Shown one piece after another: positions 23,057 to 36,511 of a DNA stretch of 64,000 bases. The notes below the pieces were generated by a model. That model saw only the letters and a program-made list of their open reading frames with translations, ran no database searches and had not been told where the DNA came from. Position 1 is the first letter of the stretch. Every line of letters starts with the position of its first letter. Source of the DNA: Piromyces finnis finn (lineage: Eukaryota > Fungi > Neocallimastigomycota); NCBI GenBank assembly GCA_002104945.1, contig MCFH01000005.1:1-64000 (forward strand), in the 5' to 3' direction. The position numbers and the translations under genes are program-made.

Positions 23057-26000
23057 TTAGTGCAGTTGATCCAAAATATATTGGTGAAGGGAGATAGTAT
23101 TGTATAATGTAGTAAAGAGTGATTCTATTTCTACTTTATAATTAATAAATAACATTTTTTCTATGGCTTTTCTTTTATAACAATATTAAATATTAAACTT
23201 AGTATATAATATATTGTTTACTTCTAATATAATAAGTACTTACTTTACTTGATGATTATTAAAACATTTATTAATTAGGGTAAAACATTTTTTCCTATCA
23301 TTATTAGTTAATGGGATCATCTGGGAATTTAATATTTTATAGCTAATATAAGTAATTGGAAATTAGTAAATAATAATACTATTAAAAAAAAAAAGGATAA
23401 ATTATAAAGTTACTTTTGAATATCATTATAATTAATACCAAGTGGTATTATTTCTGGAATTGATAAATGATCTTTATAATATTCAAGGGACTATAATAAA
23501 ATAAAATTTTATCATAATTATTAAAATTTAAAAAACTAAAAATATGTATTTTAATCTTATATATACTTTTGAGCCATTTTGATATATTAAAAATATTTCT
23601 TGGCCATAAGGATCAAAATCCATTAATCCATATATTTTAATATTTTTACTAAAAAAAAAATTATATCATTATAAAAAAAAAAAGTATTTTTAATTTTATA
23701 TATTTAAAAATAATATGTATTTCTTGTTTGTTTATTTGTATATTTACCTATTTTTTTGAGAGTCATTTAATTTTTTATTAAAGTATTTATTAATAGAGTC
23801 TTTATTTTTTTTATCTTTTGTTATATATTTTATTAGATATTTAATATGTATTAGTTTTTATTTATTTATTTATTTATATATTATTTTTTTTGTAAAAAAA
23901 ATTTTTGTATTACAATTTAATTTATTAATTAGATATCTCAAAAATAATCTTGTACATAAATCAGGATAGCCTTTTCCCTTAATTATTATTGAAACACAAT
24001 ATAAATAATCAAATATCATACATCTATTTAAGATGAAACTTTAATTTAAATCAATACCGTTACTAGGATAATATTTTTATATTTTTCTAGAAAATTTGAA
24101 TTATACAAGTATTGAAAAATGGCATCTTTTTCAATTACTATAATGGTATTTCCAAAAAATTCTATATGTTTTTTTTTAAAAAAATTTTATAGGTTAAGTA
24201 TTATTTTATATAATAATATAATATAAAATTCTCATAACAAAATGCAATATATATGTATGTAAAGGATATCTTCAATTTCATCTATATATGGGATTTGATT
24301 TACCTATTTAATTAAAAGAAATATATTAGAAATAATTAAAAAAATATAATAATTATAGTTAACAATTCTTTTCTACTTTTTTTTGGCAATTTATTAAAAT
24401 CCCTTTTTTTGTTTTAATAATAATATTCCCTGTTATTAACCCTTTTTGAGAAGCTATCTTTATTATATATAGATAATTTATTAATTATTGATAATTTAAA
24501 TTACATAATATTTATATCAGTATTACAATATTTAATGATGAATGTGGAACTCCAAGAGAGCAACTTATGTCATTAATAATCTGTTTTTGTATAAATTATT
24601 AATATATATATTTTAAATATTAAAAGAAATATATATTCATTAATATATTTAATATTTATTTCATTTCATTTTATATTATATATATATATATTTTTTTTTA
24701 CATTATTAACAGTTATTTGACTTTTATATAGAGTAACATTTCTATAATAAATATCTCTAAAATTGAAATAATATAATATACTATTAATTATTTTTATTAT
24801 AATAATATATTATTTACAATATATTTATATTATATTACCTTTTTGTAACAATAATATTATTTTTTAAAAAGCTTTGAAGTAATTGAAGGATAGAAACAAA
24901 AATTTCTAGATAAAATATAGTTTATACAATTAATATTATATATATTTAATGAAAAATCCTATTACATAATAAAAAAAAACATTCTGATGATAATTCTTAT
25001 ATTTTATACCAAAACTTTTAGATTTTTTTCTATTTAAATTAACATATTTAAATTTTAATTGCATTGAATTTGAATTATTTATTGGATTAATAGAAAAATT
25101 TGATTTTCCTCTTGAAATAAGTTTCAATCGTATCTTTTTATTAGGAATTGTTTGCATGCTTATTAATTCAAATTTTATAATTTCTAATAATTGATCGATG
25201 ATATTTAGTGTCCAAGAACTTTTAAAATTGTAATATAATTATAATAATCAAATGAATATATTATGCTTTTAATAGATATTATTATGTTATACAGTTATTA
25301 TATTACCTATCACGCAATAAAAAATCATAGGATGAATAATCTCTGAAAGAAATAGTAGAAATATTTTTGTATTTTTCTACAAGATTACTATACTCTTCCA
25401 TTATTAATTTTTTTTTTGTAGTACGTTTATTATTTTAAATATAAATAAATATATTTTCATCAAACATAAAAAAGAAAATATCTTTTATTATTTTACAAAA
25501 ATAAAAGTAATAAATAAAAAATAAAACAAATTTTGTACTTTTTTTTATTGAGCTATGAATTATACTACTTTCACTTATACTTTCCCATTCCTTTTTATCT
25601 ATTTTTTTGGAGACATAAATAAGAAATATTTTTTTTAAATAATTTTAATTATTATTAATAATTACCTGTTTTTTTATTGTCTAGTTTTAATGAATAACTA
25701 ATTTTATCCATATTGTAAATTGTTTTTATTCTATTATTCTTGTTTTCAAAAACTTGATTTGACATGTTAATACATACATTGTTAGTAATTCTGGTATTTT
25801 CCTTTTTTGAATTGAAACTTTTTATATTACTTTCATTATACATATATTCAAAATTATCTTGTTTTTCATTATTATTGGGCAATATTAAATTAATATTATC
25901 TATTATATTTTCATTAATAATATTTTGTGAATCTTTATTTATGTCATGGAAAAAAACATGAGATGAAGTATTACAATTTGTTTTAATTTTTTTTCTTTTA

Positions 26001-26883
26001 GTATTTTCATTAGAAAAATTATTGTCCCTATTTTTAAAATCTTTTTTGGTTGTATAATTATTATTGATTAAATTATTATTATATTCAATATTTGTAAAAA
26101 CCAAATTATTATTCATACTACTATTTAAATTTTTGATTTTTTTTCCATTACTATTTGAAATACAATTTCCTAAATTTAATACTTTATTCATGTATATATT
26201 TTCTGAGTAGTATTTATTATCGTTATTACGATTTGAATTAGTTAAAGATGTTATTGCTACGTAATTTTCCTCATTGTTAATAAGTCTATCAATATTTTTA
26301 TTTATATATTTATCATTAATATTAGTATTATTATTTAAAGTTTTTTCTTTTTCCTCGTTATTACTATAACATTCATATGTAATTCGTTTAATAGCATTAT
26401 GTAAACTTTGATTAATATTGATATCTTTTTTTTTTGTTTCCTTCATATTATTATTAATTTGGTCATTGAAATTTATATTAGCAATATTTATAGTGTTCAT
26501 ATTATTTTCATTTATTTTTAAATCATTTATATTGATTAATTTATTAATATTATATGATTTTTCATCATTATTATCATTACTATTAATTATGTTTATGTTC
26601 AAGTTTTCAATTTCTCTTTTAAATGAGTTATATATAAATAAATTTTCATTTTTTTCCTCTTGGTTTTTAAAATCTATTAAATATACAAAGGGTTAAAAAA
26701 TTAATTTAAAATTCTTGTTATTATTGTGTTACAATATAAAGAATTATCAAAAACATTTTTCTAATTTATTAGAATCTTCTAATAAATTTGAATATAAACA
26801 CTTTTTATTAATATATATTATAAATAATTACTTTTATTATTACTTATATTCATAGCATATTCAAACAAGTCATCATTGTTCAT
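23057..26883 (-). CDS. SPO11: Meiotic topoisomerase-like protein SPO11 (Top6A family), ~17 exons; the 5' Asn-rich exons are a less certain part of the model
   Basis: Manual exon chaining gives TKRDIYY (catalytic Tyr, exon 24702-24756), KSQITVNN|IINDISCSLGVPHSSLNI, ASQKGLITG, IIVIEKDAIFQYL, LVT|GKGYPDLCTR (exon 23914-23977), YGLMDFDPYG (exon 23567-23648), PLTNNDRKK, MLFINYKVEIESL and stop at 23057. Confidence 0.88.
24168..24269 (-). other. U12-type (minor spliceosome) AT-AC intron in SPO11
   Basis: Minus strand reads GAA G|ATATCCTTTACA...AATACTTAACC...AAAAAC|AT ATA GAA TTT. The 5' site matches the U12 consensus ATATCCTTT, a branch-like TACTTAAC lies at 24200-24193, and the 3' end is AC. Removal restores the frame into the EKD Toprim motif; retention gives a TGA stop. 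Confidence 0.85.
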
Positions 26884-29171
26884 TTTTTTTTATAGATATT
26901 AATTAAAAAAAAAAAAAGTTTAAATTTAATGTCACCTTTTTAATATTTATATATCTTTAGAAAACTTTTTTTTTTTTTTTAAATAATTAATAGTATAAAA
27001 TTATTATGAAAAATTATCCTTAATTATATAATAATGACATAATCAAAAAAAAAAAAAAAAGAAAAAGAAAAATATTACAAATATTTATTTTATGATCTAT
27101 ACGATGAGATAATTAATTTTCTTTCATTAACAACATAACAAATTCATTGAATAAAAGCATAAGAATTATGAATAGTTATAAAACATTTTTGTACATTTAC
27201 GATGTTTATATAATTTATAAAAAAGTAATAGTAACAATTTAAGCGTTATATATTTGTAATTTAAATGTAACTTTGTAATTTCATAAAAATAAAAATATTT
27301 GATATTAAACGCAATCCATTAATAATGATTAACACCACCTAATATATATATAATATTTAATATATATAATCTGCATAAAATTGTATTGTAAATGTAGTGT
27401 TTACATATTTTAGATATTATATAATCACATGATTAACATTTTATTTGAATTTGCTGAATTTATGTTTACAATAAAACCATCTCTCCTTATTAATCAAATT
27501 TAAAAATTATTAAATTTATTTCACAATAATAATACAATAAATTTTGTAAAAACACATAAAATTATAATACATTTTATTGATTATCTACCAATATATTCAT
27601 AGAATTAAAAGAAAAATATTAAAAATGTGGCTTTTTATCAACCAATCATTATACAAAATAATATATATTCACAATTAAAATACAATACTTAACATATAAT
27701 GATTAACTTATAATGTATACAATCTTTAATATATCTATTAATGAGTAGCTATTAATAAATTATATTAATGTTAGTGTTCGGTGCTGTTTTAAACTTTGAA
27801 TTAAAATCTTATTATAACATATAAAATTTGATATTTTCAACCAGTATGTATGTGTTTATATAACATTCATTAAATATTAATACTTTTAGGTCTATATATA
27901 AATTTTTTTAATTCATTATTTATATTACTTAAGGTAACTTCCTAAATGATAATATTATCAATTAATTTAGTTTATACTTTCCAAAAAAGTGTATTTTCAC
28001 ATGTTAATATTTATACCAATTATTAATAAAACTATGTAATAACACTAAATCACATGTATATGTGTTTTAATACATTCATACATTCATAATACATAATTTC
28101 TTCTAATATGATTTTTAATGTACAAGAGATTTTAATTTTACTTTTGTTTTGTATTAATATATTTTAAATTAAGTTTAATATATCTTCATATATGAAACTT
28201 TGATACAATATGATTATATGTTTAAATTGATAGATTATTAATACTATTTTTATTAATAGTTTATCTTTGTATGATGTGGTTTGTTATTTACATATATTAT
28301 TATTTGTAAAATTAATTCTATTTCTGTTTTTGTTTTGTAATATTAATAGTTATAAAAGTTAAAATTACCTCTTTTTTTTTATAATGTAAAATATTAAAGT
28401 TTAACTATTAGTTTTTAGAAACTTTACTAAATGAATAAAGTTTATTTTATTACAGTTAAACCATATATTATCAATAGTCTGATAATGAAACTTAATAGTA
28501 ATTAATAGAAGAAATATAGAGCTTATAATAAATAAAATAGAAATCTTCATAAATTTTTAATATATTGATACTACTATTTTATATTAAAAAAAGATTAAAA
28601 TATTTATTTATAATTATTAAATTTTTATTTTATATATTTGAATATACTAGATTAAATAAAAATATATTAGGAATAGAATCATAAATGCACCAGTATAAAT
28701 AAAGATAATACAAATTTAATTATATATAAATAAATTGAATAAAAATTTATAATTATACATATACTAATTATATATAGATAAGTATATAAATATATAATTA
28801 TAGTATAAATGAAATATATAAAATTGAATTAAATAGGCTAATAATATCATTAGAGTTGAATAAATGTTATTATAATAATATATAAGATTTCTTAAGTCAA
28901 ATCATTATTAATTAATTAGTTAGAATCCTATTTTTGTTACTTTATTTTCCTTTTTGTACATTTTTAGGTATGAATTATTGTATAAATTAATAGTTATTAC
29001 AATTCATATATATTGAGAATCAATTATACTGATATATTATTATATTATCATATACCCTTTTATATATACAATGATTTAATAAAGTTCCCATTTTATATAT
29101 TTAAATCATAATTATAATAAAATAATTTTAATATAATTAATATAATTCAAAATTATACTCATTCTTTAATA

Positions 29172-29295
29172 TTAATAAATAAATAAATAAATAAGTAAAT
29201 AAGTAAATAAATAGTTAAATAAATAAGTAAATAAATAAATAATTAAATAAATAACTAACCAAGTAAGTAAATAAGTAAATAAATAAATAAATAAA
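29172..29295. repeat. Degenerate (AAAT/AAGT)n microsatellite
   Basis: Visible aaat/aagt mosaic run. Confidence 0.75.
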
Positions 29296-30466
29296 AAAAT
29301 TCATCTCATATTACCTCATTATTAATAATATTAATAATTTAATATTAAAATTAAATATCACCATTCTTCCTATATTAAATAATAAAATATAATAATTAAT
29401 TGTAATATTAATAGTTTTAATAATAAAATTTTATTTATTCAAGGTATATTAAATAATATATATATTATTTATTAACATAAAATTTTTTTAAATAAAAATT
29501 ATTTTTATATTTTTTTAAAAAAATAAAGACTTAAAGAATAATATTTTTTTTTTAAAAAAAGTAAACAATAAAAATAAAAAAAAATCAATTTAATTTTATT
29601 TTACTTTAATAAATTGAAAGTAAATAAAACTAAAATTAAATAATACCATTTAAAAAAAAAAGAAAGGGAGAATTTAAATAAATAAACAATATTAAAACAA
29701 AACTTTTACATTTTTTAATCGATTATAAAAAGTAATTTTTTATTTTTAATTATCGAATAAAAATTTAATATTAAAGGAAAATATAAATAAATGTTTAAAA
29801 GATAAAAGGATGAAGAAAGAAGAAATAAAAGAAGTTAAATAATAAATGAAAACAATTATTTCAAATATAAACAAATTATAAACAATAAGAACAAATAAAA
29901 ATTAATATTAATTAAAATCTAATCGAAAAAACACAAAAATAAGGTTATAAATAAACAATAAAAAATAGTAGTTGAAGAAACAAAGATACAAAGAAAATAG
30001 TAAATAAAAATCAATTATGTAAATAAGCAATCATTATTAAAGGAGAGTGATATTAAATATTTTTTTCAGTATTATTTGCAGTACTTCAATATTTATTATT
30101 AAACACTATATTGTAGTAATAAAATATAAAATAAATAAACAAATAATTAAATAGTAAATAAATAAAAATAAATTTTAATTAAATATACATAAATAAAATG
30201 ATAAAGAAATACTTTATGTAGAAAAATGAAGAAGAATAATTAACAAAAATAAAAAAAAGATTTAAAAGAAATATAAATGTTGGAATATGTTATTAAGAAA
30301 GATTTAAATAGAATTAATAGTTTTCCAAAAAAGAACACAAATTTAGTTTATAATATTATTTTATTAGGAATTTGAAAATGAAGTATTTTATTAAATGTAA
30401 TACTTAACAGAAATTAAAATTAAATTATTATTATTATATTTATTATTATAGTAATATAGAATAAAA

Positions 30467-31048
30467 ATGCAAGCTATAAAATGTGTTGTTGTTGGTGATG
30501 GTGCCGTCGGTAAGACTTGTCTTCTTATCTCATACACTACCAATGCTTTCCCAGGTGAATATGTCCCAACCGTTTTTGATAACTACTCAGCCAATGTTAT
30601 GGTTGATGGTAAGCCAATCAATTTAGGTTTATGGGATACTGCTGGTCAAGAAGATTACGATCGTCTCAGACCACTTTCATACCCACAAACTGATATTTTC
30701 CTTATCTGCTTCTCACTTGTTGCCCCACCATCATTAGAAAACGTTAAGACCAAGTGGTGCCCAGAAATTTCTCATCACGCTCCAGGTACTCCAATTATTC
30801 TTGTTGGTACCAAGCTTGATTTACGTGAAGATAGAGATACCATTGAAAAGTTAACTCAAAAGAGAATGGCTCCAATTAGTTACCAACAAGGTTTACAAGT
30901 TTCTAAGGAAATTAACGCTGTTAAATACTTAGAATGTTCTGCTCTTACTCAAACCGGTTTAAAGAACGTTTTTGATGGTGCTATTCGTGCTGTTCTTTGC
31001 CCACCATCTCCAAAGAAGAACAAGACTAAGAAGTGTCTTATTTTATAA
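30467..31048 (+). CDS. RAC1: Rac-type Rho GTPase, intronless CDS
   Basis: [57 protein letters not shown], polybasic tail and CaaX (CLIL). Confidence 0.95.
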   Translation: MQAIKCVVVGDGAVGKTCLLISYTTNAFPGEYVPTVFDNYSANVMVDGKPINLGLWDTAGQEDYDRLRPLSYPQTDIFLICFSLVAPPSLENVKTKWCPEISHHAPGTPIILVGTKLDLREDRDTIEKLTQKRMAPISYQQGLQVSKEINAVKYLECSALTQTGLKNVFDGAIRAVLCPPSPKKNKTKKCLIL

Positions 31049-31746
31049 GCAGTTTTTAACTAGACTATTATTAGCTTATTAAATATAAAGCGAATTCAGC
31101 AAAAATACTATACAAATCAATAAAAATACATACTAATAAAATAATTTAAAATTCAATTAAAAATATAAAAATAAATAATTAAATAAAAAAATATAAAATA
31201 AAATTAGAATTAAATAATATGAATTAAGATGTTAAAATATAAAACAAATTCTTTTTAAAAAGTAAAAAAAAAAAAGAGAAAAGAAATAAAATAAAATTGT
31301 ATTTTTTTTATAAATTAAGTTTTCAAATCTTATTGAAAAAATACCATCTTATTATAATATATAAAAATATAAATATATATATTTTTACATTTTAATTCAG
31401 TTTAAGTAGTTATATGAATTATAAAAGAAGTACTTTTTCAGAAAAACTAAAAAGAAAAAAAAATATAATTAAACTAGAATAAAAGATTTTTTTTTTTTTT
31501 ATTAATAATATGTAATATCAAAGATATAAAATACATAATGAGAAATATCAATTTTATGAAATTAAACATTAAATTTTAATTAAACTTTTATGTCAGTTGA
31601 AAAAGTTCATATATTATAAAGAAAACGAAAATATAAATAAAATTAAATAAAACAAAAAATAAAATTTATAGAAGTATTTTTAATAATTTCTTTTATTAGT
31701 TTATTCCATTCTTGAACGTCCCAAGTAGTTGTTATATTTAAAATAT

Positions 31747-31825
31747 ATCGTTCAAAATTAACCAAGGAAAATCGACCATTCTAGTCAATAGAATGGTTAT
31801 TTTCCCTAGGCTAATTTTGAACGAT
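31747..31825. repeat. Imperfect inverted repeat (37 bp arms, 5 nt loop)
   Basis: Left arm atcgttcaaaattaaccaaggaaaatcgaccattcta, loop gtcaa, right arm tagaatggttattttccctaggctaattttgaacgat. Confidence 0.8.
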
Positions 31826-32972
31826 TATTTAGTAAAGAATGATTGCTATTTTTTTATATAAACGTTTTAACATTCAAAAGAAGAATAATTTTAAATGATA
31901 ATTGCTATTTTTGTATTAATATTTTAACATTCAAAAAAAAAAAAAAAAAAAAAAAAAAAGAATCCTTTTATTACAACAAAATATAAAAGTAAAAATATAT
32001 ATTAATATCCATTACTCTTTTTATTAAACATAATATATACACATTAATCGATAATGTTTATGTATTTCTGGATAGGCATTAAAGAAATAAATTTAATTTA
32101 CATATTTTTTTTTTAAATTTAAAAATTATAAATATCTCATGGTCCCTATTCAATTAAGTATTTGAAATATCATCAAGATTATTTAAAAGGAAATTATTAA
32201 CATCAAATATATTAGCTTTTTTTTAAAATTGTTTTTAATTTTTATTTTATATCTATTTTATATTCAATATAATTATATCTTATTATTATTTTTTTTTTAA
32301 AGAATATTTTATTTATTATTTCCAAAAGAATAAAGACTAAAAATTATTTTTTGTATTATCCATCAATACATAAAACTAAATATTTTTCACATAAAGCTGA
32401 ATATGTCACGTTAAAATCTACCAATAAGAACTATACACCAATTACTTAATAATTAATTTATTTATTTATTATAAATACATATATTTACTTATTAATTTTA
32501 TATTAATAGTTGTCAAATATAGGTATATTCAATATTCTGTACTTTTATTGAAACCCAATAATTTTTAAAAGTGGATATTGATCATTTAATAAAATAAATA
32601 AATATATAAACTAAATAAATAAATTATTATGTTTTATATATTAAAACTTTAATTATTTTTTATATTAATAACAGAAATCAATTATTAAATTTTTTCTTTC
32701 ATATTTTTATTTTCATACTCAAAAAAAAAAAACAAAACAAAAAAAAAAACAAAAAACAAAAAAAACAACAAAAAAAAACAACAATAAACAAAGTAAAACA
32801 AAATAAAACAAAATAATTAATAATAAAAAAAGTAAATAATACTATTTATTACAATTATCATTAATGCTATTATTATCCATTGCTATTAAATACTCAAATA
32901 CATTTTAAAAATAATAAATATTCCAAAACTAATTTATACACAAATTTATATTTTAACATTTATATATAAAGA

Positions 32973-33173
32973 ATGAGTGAAACAGTTCCAGAAACTGAAG
33001 CTCCAGCTTCTTTCTTAACTAAATTAACTACTGATCCAGAATTTACTATCTTAATTACCTATGTTGGTTTAATTGTCTTAGCTATTATTCCAATTTATGT
33101 TGGTTCTTTAAAGAGTATTAAACAACCAAAGGTTAAAAAGAATGTAATTATTAAATTAAAATATAAACAATTA

Positions 33174-33215
<42 letters not shown>

Positions 33216-34482
33216 TTATATACTTATAGAAAATTAAATTATGCTATATACTATTTTTTTTATACAATAAAATATTTTTTTTTAATTTTTTATAATAACA
33301 TTTTTTTTAATATAAAAACATAAATATATAAATTTTAATAAAGGAAAATGAAAGTACTAAAGAAGAAGACAGTGAAGAAAGTGAAGAAGAAGAAGAAGAA
33401 GAAATTGAACGTTTCTCATTTGATGATGCTAAACAATTCCCAATCGTTGGTTCTATTGCATTACTTACTCTTTTCTTAGTTTACAAGTTCTTCGATAAGA
33501 AATACTTAAATATTCTTATTACCATTTATTTCTCAATTATCGGTGTTGGTTCCCTTACTCAAATGTTCTCTTACTTTACTGAATTTGCTTTAGGCCAAAA
33601 AATCAAGAATGAATTTAAACTTCGTTTAACTCAAAAGAAGGAAGGTTAGTTATAAAAAAAATACAAAATTAATATAATTTATATTTATTTCATAATTTTC
33701 ACTATCTTAATTTTTAATTATTTTTTAAATAATTTTACAATAAATGACTAATTTAAATGTTTCTGTTTCATTTCATAAATTAATGAACAAATTAAAACAA
33801 ACATTAGAAATTCTTAAAGTCTCTTTCTCCAAAATTCACATTGCTTTAGTTGTTTTAGCTATTGCTGTTACCGTAACTTACTCTTTAACTAAGAACTGGA
33901 TTGTATCTAATCTTCTTGGTCTTGCTTTTTCAATCACTACTATTCCACTTTTAAAGTTAGATTCCTTCAAGACTGGTATTTTATTATTATCCGCTCTCTT
34001 CTTCTATGATATCTTCTGGGTCTTCTTTACTCCAGTTATGGTTACTGTTGCTAAGAACTTTGATGCCCCAATTAAAATGTTATTTCCAAGAAACGTCTTT
34101 GCTTGGATTAAGGCTGGTGTTTTAACCACTAAGGGCTTAGAATTCAGTATGTTAGGTTTAGGAGATATCGCTATTCCAGGTAAATATACAACATTATTGT
34201 TATAATTTATCAAGTATTTTTAAGATCATTATAACTAATAATAATTTATTTGTTATATATTATGTTATTTATATATTAATAATTATTTAAAGGTGTTTAT
34301 GTTGCTTTATGTGCAAGATTCGATCATTACCATGCCGTTCAAAAGAATGGTGGAAAGCCAGTTAAGAAGTTCCCAATGCCATATTTCACTACTTGTTTCA
34401 TTAGTTACATTCTTGGTTTAATTACTACTATGGGTGTTATGCACTTCTTCAAGCATGCTCAAGTAAGCATTTTTATACATTA

Positions 34483-34517
<35 letters not shown>

Positions 34518-34819
34518 TATTTGGTCATAATAGTATATATATGTTAATACTAATATTTTATTTAATTTTAAATTTATAGCCAGCTTTACTTTACTTATCC
34601 CCAGCTTGTATTATTTCTTCACTTATTTGTGCTGTTGTCCGTGGTGAAATTAAGGAATTATTCGAATATAGTGATGAATCTGAAGAAGAAAAGAAGAAAC
34701 GTGAAGAAAAGGAAAAGGAAGAAAAGGAAACGAAAGAAAAGGAAGAAAAACAAAAGAAGGAAGTAAAAGAAAAGAAAGAAAATACTAAAAAGGCTGCTAA
34801 GGATAAGAAGAAGAATTAA
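32973..34819 (+). CDS. Signal peptide peptidase (HM13/YPF1-type GxGD intramembrane aspartyl protease, A22B), 5 exons
   Basis: YDIFWVF, NFDAPIK, MLGLGDIAIPG and Q|PALLYL motifs. GT-AG junctions are in frame, with a Glu/Lys-rich tail ending at TAA 34819. Confidence 0.92.
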
Positions 34820-35860
34820 AGTTTATATATAAACTTTTAATATCTTTTTTTATTCTTGCCATCAATTTTTTTTTTTTTTTAATTTAGTTTATAAATTTTT
34901 TTTAATATAGAAATATTTATATAAAAATAATACCAAATAATCATATAAAATGCAATATAATCTAATCTAATCTAAATAAATAAAATAAATAAAACTATAT
35001 AAGAAAAAGAAAAAAAAAATTATTTTAAAATATTATATTTTAATATAAATATATATATTTTCTTTTAATTATATATAAAAAAAATTTAAAGGAATTTGAA
35101 TAAAATATTTTACATCTAAAAAGTGTACTTTTATAATAAAATTCCATACACAATATTAGAAATTAGAGAAAAGAATAATTAAATAAAAAGAAAAAAAAAA
35201 GAAAATGAAAAAATGAAATTAAAAGTAAAAAAATAAGCAAAAAAAAAAAAAAAAAATATTAATTAATTATCATTTATATAATAAAATACTGAAATAAAAT
35301 TAAAAAAAAAAAAAAAAAAATTAAGAGTTTTTTTTTTGTTTAATCCTTTATGAAAGGTAAAAAATAAATTTATCCATCGAATAAATATATTTTCTTTTTT
35401 TAGTTATCCATAGTTTGTTACATATCATCATGGTTGTATTAATATTTTTTGTATTATTTTTTTATTTTAATTTTTATTTTTATTTTTATTTTTTTTTTTT
35501 TTTTGTATATACAAAATAATTGTTATTAATTTTTATTACTTTAATTTAGTGGTATAAATATAATATAATAATAGTATTTTATTATATTAGAATAAATATT
35601 ATTAAAATAAATATTTCTTCTTAATTATATAAAATAAAATAAAATAAAATAAAAAAATAAATAAAAAAATATATATTGTATATCTGTATATTTTCCTTAA
35701 AGGATTATAAATTTTAGAAAGTCTTCTTTTTCTTTATAGTTTTAATTATACTAGTAAAAAGAGAAATAAATTAATTTTAATATTGATTACTTATCAATAT
35801 AGAAAATATTTTTCATAAAAAAACTTATCTTTTTTTTTTTTTTAAAGCGAAGAAAATTAT

Positions 35861-35896
<36 letters not shown>

Positions 35897-36511
35897 TGAT
35901 ATTATATATATTTTATATATTTAAAAAAGTAAACGATTAAGGTCAAAATTGATAAAAAGCTGTTTGCTATTATATATAAAGGTTTCTTGCAAAGCATGAT
36001 ACTATCATCGTTATTTTTTCCCTTTTTTTATATATAAATAATAAAAAAAGAAAAAAGAAACTTAAAAACTTGATTGACTATAGTATACTAAAAATATTAT
36101 TATATATAAAAATTAATATTTTTCTTTATACATATTAATATAATTAATATATATATTTTAATTTTATTTTTAATTATATAGGTATAACAAAATATTTTTG
36201 ATTTTATCTTTTTCTTTTTAATTAACCATCATTTCAGAAATACTAGATTTAAAAAAGGGTTGAGGGTTAAAAAGAAGGTTATAATAAATAAATAATTAAA
36301 AAAAAAAAAGAGTTTAATAATCAATCCAAAATTCATTTATTATATATTATAATATTATTATAATATTTTGTTATCTGTTTATGTCTTCATTTAATAATTC
36401 CCTTGCTTATATAAATATAGAAAATGAAATATATATATGAGCTTTGTTAGATCCTTTTATATATATTATCTTTTTAATAAATAATTAATCTTTTTTTTTT
36501 TTTTGGTTTTC

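Noticed and set aside
25764-26696. Plus-strand hydrophobic ORFs, and many similar short antisense ORFs elsewhere (e.g. 8405-8596, 13986-14168, 53609-53791, 57845-63651)
   Set aside because: These are shadow ORFs of opposite-strand genes or low-complexity AT sequence.
27000-30400. Long intergenic region with short stop-interrupted coding-like patches (about 27700-28500)
   Set aside because: No recognisable protein or transposon motif and no consistent exon chain, so a pseudogene or TE call cannot be supported.
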